Assembly (NCBI GenBank): GCA_963822945.1
Contig: CAWGJO010000005.1
Location: 1 to 17,402, forward strand
DNA length: 17,402 nt
Source: an uncultured Gemmatimonadaceae bacterium
GTDB lineage: Bacteria; Gemmatimonadota; Gemmatimonadetes; Gemmatimonadales; Gemmatimonadaceae
Direction of reading: 5' to 3'
Both the position numbers and the translations under genes were made by a program. Of this stretch, positions 12,290 to 17,402 are shown piece by piece (the first letter of the stretch is position 1; every line of letters starts with the position of its first letter). Below the pieces are notes generated by a model. That model was not told where the DNA came from, searched no databases, and saw only the letters and a list, made by a program, of their open reading frames with translations.

Positions 12290-12724
12290 ATGTACCGCAT
12301 CCTTCCCGCGACCGTGTTTCCCGTCATGCTCGTTATGGGTTGCACGACCACTGCACCGCCCGCGGCACAACTCGGCGTGGTGCCGGTGGCCGATCCCGCG
12401 CTTTACGATTGCGCCCAGCGCACCGCCGCCGATCTGGGGTTCGACCGCCAGATGCGGGGCGCGTCGGGACGTGGCGCGCTGGTGGCCACCACCGACACGA
12501 ATCGTCTGACCGGCCGGTACGACGGACTGCGTGTGCGCATTCTGTCGGACACGGGGCACGTGACCACCTGGATCACGGCGTCGCCGTACACGAACGCCGC
12601 GTACCGCAGGTCGGACGCCAAGCCGCTGATGCCGAGCCAACGCGCCGTGGACGCCGCCGCCACCGTGGAGCGTCGTTGCCGGCCGGGCCGCGTGGCGGAG
12701 CGGGGGCACCGGGCGCCCCGGTAG
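12290..12724 (+). CDS. Hypothetical lipoprotein (144 aa)
   Basis: AGGAGG RBS. MYRILPATVFPVMLVMG-C lipobox-like signal; two further Cys residues. Confidence 0.7.
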   Translation: MYRILPATVFPVMLVMGCTTTAPPAAQLGVVPVADPALYDCAQRTAADLGFDRQMRGASGRGALVATTDTNRLTGRYDGLRVRILSDTGHVTTWITASPYTNAAYRRSDAKPLMPSQRAVDAAATVERRCRPGRVAERGHRAPR

Positions 12725-12797
12725 TCCCCCCGGGGCGCCAGCACGAGGCCGGCTCCGCGGCTAGATTCCGCGAATCACATTCCTGATCGGACCGCCC

Positions 12798-14474
12798 ATG
12801 AAGCCGCTCTCCGTCCTCGGCGCAGCCGCGTTCGCGCTCGCCGCATGTTCCGCTCCGCGCGTCGTCACCCAGGCGCCCACTCCGGTACCCGCACCGGCCC
12901 AACCGCCTTCCGGGGGGCGGATCGAACCCGCCACGGTGCCGCGGGCCACGGTGGACACGCCGCCCAGCGACTGGCAGCTCCTGGACGAATTGAACGACCA
13001 CCTGCCCGGGATCAGCGTGCTCCGCGCCGAGCAGACGCTGCTCGCGGGGCAGCAGCCCAAGCGCACGGTGCTCGTGGCGGTGATCGACGGGGGCGTGGAC
13101 ACGGCGCACGTGGATCTGCTGCCGCACCTCTGGCGCAACCCCGGGGAGATTCCGGGCAACGGCAAGGACGACGACCACAACGGCTACGTGGACGACACGT
13201 GGGGGTGGAACTTCATCGGCGGTGCTGACGGCAAGGACATCGATCACGAGACGTTCGAACTCACGCGGCTGTACTCGCGCTGCAAGCACATCGCGCCGCT
13301 GAGCGTGGCCGGCCCACCGATCTCGGCCGAGGAGTGCACGCAGATCGAGGCGCAGTTCGAGAAGAAGCGCGTGGAGGCCATCAAGACGCTGGACAACATC
13401 GACGGCGCCGGCAACGCGCTCGATCGCGCCACGGAGATCCTGCACGCGGCCATTCCCGATTCGCTCACGCTGCAGCGGGTGACGGACTTCGCGCCGCAGT
13501 CGCAGGAGCAGCAGCAGGCGCGCGCGATCTACCTGCAGTTGGCCAGGGCGCACATCACCAAGTCGGTGATCGACGAGGCGCGCAAGGAGTACGAGTCGCA
13601 GGTCAAGTTCGGCTACGACTCCACGTACATGCCCCGGGCGATCGTGGGCGACAACCTGATGGACCTGACGCAGCGCGACTACGGCAACCGCGACGTGATG
13701 GGTCCCGACGCGCTGCACGGCAGCCACGTGTCGGGGATCATCGGCGCGGTGCTCGACCCCAAGGAGGGGATCCAGGGCGTGGCGCAGGCGGTGCGCATCA
13801 TGATGGTCCGCACCGTGCCCGACGGCGACGAGCGCGACAAGGACGTGGCCAACGCCATCCGCTACGCGGTGGACAACGGGGCGCAGGTGATCAACATGAG
13901 CTTCGGCAAGCCGTACTCGCCGCAGAAGTCGGTGGTGGACGCGGCGGTCAAGTACGCCGACGCGCACGGGGTGCTCATGGTCCACGCGGCGGGGAACGAC
14001 GGCGAGGACATCGACGCCGGGCACAACTTCCCCACGCCCTACTATCTGGACGGCGGCCGCGCGACGAATTGGATCGAAGTGGGCGCCTCGTCGTGGGTGG
14101 GGGGCGACTCGCTGGCCGCCTCGTTCAGCAACTTCGGCAAGCAGCGGGTGGACGTGTTCGCGCCGGGCGTGGACATCCTGTCCACGATTCCCGGCAACAA
14201 GTTCGAGCGCGACCAGGGCACGAGCATGGCGTCGCCGGTGGTGGCGGGGCTCGCGGCGCTGATCATGTCGTACTACCCGAACCTGACGGCCACCGATGTG
14301 CGGCAGATCATCATCGGTTCCGCCACCCGCTACTCGAAGCAGATGGTGGCCAGGCCGGGGTCGAAGGAGGGGGATCCGCTGGTGCCGTTCGGGTCGCTCT
14401 CGGAGAGCGGGGGGATCGTGAACGCCTACGCGGCGCTGCGGATGGCGGCCCAGATGTCGGCGGCCAAGCCCTGA
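12798..14474 (+). CDS. S8 family serine peptidase (subtilase), lipoprotein
   Basis: Lipobox LAAC. Catalytic triad motifs VAVIDGGVD, HGSHVSG and GTSMASP; oxyanion motif AAGND; NGKDDDHNGYVDD loop. Confidence 0.95.
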   Translation: MKPLSVLGAAAFALAACSAPRVVTQAPTPVPAPAQPPSGGRIEPATVPRATVDTPPSDWQLLDELNDHLPGISVLRAEQTLLAGQQPKRTVLVAVIDGGVDTAHVDLLPHLWRNPGEIPGNGKDDDHNGYVDDTWGWNFIGGADGKDIDHETFELTRLYSRCKHIAPLSVAGPPISAEECTQIEAQFEKKRVEAIKTLDNIDGAGNALDRATEILHAAIPDSLTLQRVTDFAPQSQEQQQARAIYLQLARAHITKSVIDEARKEYESQVKFGYDSTYMPRAIVGDNLMDLTQRDYGNRDVMGPDALHGSHVSGIIGAVLDPKEGIQGVAQAVRIMMVRTVPDGDERDKDVANAIRYAVDNGAQVINMSFGKPYSPQKSVVDAAVKYADAHGVLMVHAAGNDGEDIDAGHNFPTPYYLDGGRATNWIEVGASSWVGGDSLAASFSNFGKQRVDVFAPGVDILSTIPGNKFERDQGTSMASPVVAGLAALIMSYYPNLTATDVRQIIIGSATRYSKQMVARPGSKEGDPLVPFGSLSESGGIVNAYAALRMAAQMSAAKP

Positions 14475-14489
14475 TGGTCGCGGCAGGCG

Positions 14490-14681
14490 GGCATCAAGAA
14501 CGGAGAATCTGAACGCGATGATCCGGATTCCAACGGATCGACACGGATGAGAGGCTTGGGGGCCTGGGGGTGAGGTCATCCCGCCAGGCGGGCGGCGACC
14601 GGCGTGCAGTTCCCCACAGCGTAATCCGGCGGTTTCCGTTTCATCCGTAGCATCGGGTGCATACCCTCCCTTCCTGATGCC
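14490..14681. repeat. Imperfect palindromic intergenic element (REPIN/MITE-like)
   Basis: Terminal inverted repeats GGCATCAAGAACGGAG (14490-14505) and CTCCCTTCCTGATGCC (14666-14681) match 14/16. Internal CGGAT x3 (14524, 14534, 14544) is mirrored by ATCCG/TTCCG/ATCCG (14624, 14634, 14643). Confidence 0.55.
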
Positions 14682-14794
14682 GGCCGGGCGCTCCGGCCGC
14701 CCCGGAAGCGTGATGCGGCAACGACTTGCCCCGCGGGGGTCCATTGGGCAACGTTCGGGGGTTGAACCGGCTTTCACGGAGAGACCAACCCGCC

Positions 14795-16738
14795 ATGCCA
14801 GCTACACCTACCACCCGCGACAACCCCCGCGCCTACGAACGCCTGACGCAGCCGCTGGTCCGCAAGAACGGCGAGCTTCGCCCGGCCACCTGGGACGAGG
14901 CCCTCGACGCGGCGGCCGAAGGGTTCCGCCGCAACATCGAGCAGAGCGGCCACGACTCGGTCGGCATCTTCTCGTGCTCCAAGAGCACGAACGAGATGAA
15001 CTACCTGGCGCAGAAGCTCGCCCGCGTCGCCTTCGGCACCAACAACGTCGATAGCTGCAACCGAACGTGACACGCACCTAGCGTCGTCGGTCTGGCGACG
15101 GTCTTTGGTGCGGGCGGGGGCACGAGCTCCTACGAAGAAGCAGAGGACACCGACCTCGTGTTCCTCTGGGGCTCCAACGCGCGCAATGCCCACCCCATCT
15201 GGTTCCACCACCTGCTGAAGGGGATCCGGAACGGGGCGCGGCTGTACGTGGTGGATCCGCGGCGGACGGAGTCGGCGCAGTGGGCCGACGTGTGGATGGG
15301 CCTGAACGTGGGCACCGACATCGCGCTGTCCAACGGCATGGCGCACGAGATCATCGCGGCCGGGCTCACGAACCAGAAGTTCATCAAGAACGCCACCGAG
15401 AACTACGAGGCCTACCGCAAGTCGGTGGAGCCGTACACGCTCGAGTACACCGAGCGCATCACCGGCGTGCCCGCCGACATCATCCGCGAGGCGGCGCACT
15501 CGTACGCCGCCGCCGAGAAGGCGATGATCTGCTGGACGCTGGGCATCACCGAGCACCACAACGCCACCGACAACGTGCTGTCGCTCATCAACCTGTCGCT
15601 GCTCACGGGGCACGTGGGGCGCTGGGGGTCGGGGTGCAACCCGCTCCGCGGGCAGAACAACGTGCAGGGCGGCGGCGACATGGGCGGCATTCCCAACAAG
15701 CTGCCGGGCTTCCAGGACATCCTCGACGACGAGGCGCGGACGCGCATCGAGAAGTTCTGGAAGACCACGATCCCGCCCCGGTACGGCAAGAACCTCACCG
15801 AGATGCTGCGCGCCATGGACGGCGGCGACATGACGTGCCTGTTCGTGATCGGCGAGAACCCGGCGCAGTCCGACGCCGACGGCCACCACGTGGAGGAGAT
15901 CCTCAGCGGGCTCGACCACCTGGTGGTGCAGGAGATCTTCCTCACCAGGACGGCGCAGCTGGCCGACGTCGTGCTGCCCTCCACGGCGAGCTGGTGCGAG
16001 GCCGACGGGTGCGTGACCAACAGCGAGCGGCGCATCCAGCGCGTGCGCAAGGCCGTGGATCCGCCGGAGGGCGCGCGCGACGAACTCTGGATCCTCTCCG
16101 AACTGGCCCGGCGGCTGGGGCACGACTGGGGGCATCCGACGGCCGAGCAGGTGTGGAACGAGGTGCGGCACGTGGCGCCGGCGTTCTGCGGCGGGATGAG
16201 CTACGCGCGGATGGACGCGCTGGACGGCATCCAGTGGCCCTGCCCCGACGAATCGCACCCGGGAACGAAGTTCCTGCACGCGCGCCTCTGGGAGACGCCG
16301 CGCGGCGGGCGCGCCGCGCCGTTCTCCGTGGTGAAGCACGAGGGGCCGGTGGAGACGCCCGACGACGAGTATCCGCTGCTCCTCACCACGGGCCGGCGGC
16401 TCGAATCGTACAACACGGGGGTGCAGTCGGGGGGCTTCAAGTCGCCGCTGCACATGGGCGAGGCGCTCGAGATCTCGCCAGAGGACGCGGAGCGGCTGGG
16501 CATCGCCTCGGGCGACGAGGTGCGCGTCACGTCGCGGCGCGGCAGCGTGGTGGCGCCGGCGCGCGTGGAGCGGTCGCTGCGTCCCGGCGTGGTGTTCATG
16601 ACGCTGCATTTCCCCGATGAGGTACCCACGAACCTGTTGACCATCGACGCGGCCGACGAGCGTTCCGGAACCGCCGAATTCAAGGCGAGTGCGGTGCGTG
16701 TCGAACCGGCATCCGTCGCGGTGGAGACCGGAGACTGA
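14795..16738 (+). CDS. Selenocysteine-containing formate dehydrogenase alpha-like Mo/W-bisPGD oxidoreductase (647 aa, Sec at TGA 15068-15070)
   Basis: ORFs 14726..15070 and 15158..16738 share a frame, and read-through gives NNVDSCNRT-U-HAPSVVGL. Other FdhF-family motifs: RLTQPLVR, TNEMNYLAQK, GSNARNAHP, PLRGQNNVQG, ADVVLP, TNSERRIQ, LTTGR and TAEFKASAV. GGAGAG RBS before ATG 14795. Confidence 0.93.
15071..15112 (+). promoter_or_regulatory. Bacterial SECIS element
   Basis: Upper stem CGTCGTC(15082-15088)/GGCGACG(15094-15100) with a GGTCT loop begins 11 nt after the UGA. Lower stem CGCACC(15073-15078)/GGTGCG(15107-15112). The layout matches the E. coli fdhF SECIS. Confidence 0.88.
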
Positions 16739-17402
16739 TGGACATTCGCGTGATCGAAGCGGTGCCGACCGCGGACGAGCGGGGAGCGGTGGATGCCTGC
16801 CTGGGACCGCCGGCGTCGGCGTGGGACGGCGGGGCGCGCGGCAGCACGCGCGACCATCACCTGGCGCAGGGCGGCCAGGAGATGCGCGACCGGCGGCACC
16901 TGCTGCTGCCGGTGCTGCGCGCGCTGCAGGCGCGGGTGGGCTGGATCAGCGAGGGCGGCCTGGGCTACGTGTGCGAGCGGCTGGACGTGCCCCCCGCCGA
17001 CGCGTGGGGCGTGGCCACCTTCTACGCGCTGCTCTCCACCACGCCGCGCGCCCGCCGCGTGCTGCACGTGTGCGACGACATCGCGTGCAAGTGCCGTGGG
17101 GCCGACGAACTGTGCGCGGCGCTTGAGGAGAAAGTCGGACCGGCGCACACGCACGGGCCCGACGGGCACGAGGTCACGATCGCCGACGACGCGGCGGTGT
17201 GGGTGCGGTCGCCCTGTCTCGGGATGTGCGACCACGCGCCGGCGGCGCTGCTGCAGGTGGCGGGGGTCGAACCCATCGAGCTTCAGATTGCCGGGCTCAC
17301 CGCCGCACGTGCCGTCGAGATGCTCGCACCGGGCTTTGGGCCGCAGAGCACACAGAGCACGCAGAAACAACAACACAGGCACACTCCGGCGTCCGCGTCG
17401 CC
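16738..17402 (+). CDS. NuoE/HoxE-like [2Fe-2S] subunit, possibly a NuoE-NuoF fusion (3'-truncated by window edge)
   Basis: TGATG coupling to the upstream gene. MDIRVIEAVP...HLLLPVLRALQARVGWISEGGL...GVATFY...VCDDIAC...SPCLGMCDHAPA gives Cx4C...Cx3C ligands. No stop before the window end; absent from the ORF track. Confidence 0.9.
   Translation, partial: MDIRVIEAVPTADERGAVDACLGPPASAWDGGARGSTRDHHLAQGGQEMRDRRHLLLPVLRALQARVGWISEGGLGYVCERLDVPPADAWGVATFYALLSTTPRARRVLHVCDDIACKCRGADELCAALEEKVGPAHTHGPDGHEVTIADDAAVWVRSPCLGMCDHAPAALLQVAGVEPIELQIAGLTAARAVEMLAPGFGPQSTQSTQKQQHRHTPASAS

Noticed and set aside
14475..14794. tRNA-Sec or Moco riboswitch in the intergenic region
   Set aside because: No TTCAAA anticodon loop or T-loop cloverleaf on either strand, and no convincing Moco RNA consensus by eye.
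14726..15157. Two separate genes (14726..15070 and 15158..16738) or a nonsense pseudogene
   Set aside because: Same frame, conserved FDH sequence continues across the gap, the UGA sits at the Sec/Cys ligand position, and a SECIS follows.

Overview
High-GC bacterial DNA (lineage not determinable from the sequence; a Gemmatimonadota-like organism is my guess) with every credible gene on the + strand. In order: the 3' part of a rhodanese gene, a DUF4404-like protein, a hypothetical protein, a DEAD-box RNA helicase, a GNAT acetyltransferase and a secreted M20 peptidase. Directly attached is a complete non-phosphorylative L-fucose catabolic cluster: Tat-exported GH29 fucosidase, fuconate dehydratase, two SDRs, FAH-family hydrolase, lactonase, FucP and a mutarotase. 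Six of these eight genes carry frameshifts (at least 25 small indels by manual count), probably long-read errors. Next come a small lipoprotein, an S8 protease lipoprotein and a ~190-bp palindromic intergenic element. The window ends with a formate-dehydrogenase-like Mo/W-bisPGD enzyme that the ORF track splits in two but which is one selenoprotein (in-frame UGA plus a clear SECIS) lacking the N-terminal [4Fe-4S] domain, coupled to a NuoE-type [2Fe-2S] gene that runs off the edge.
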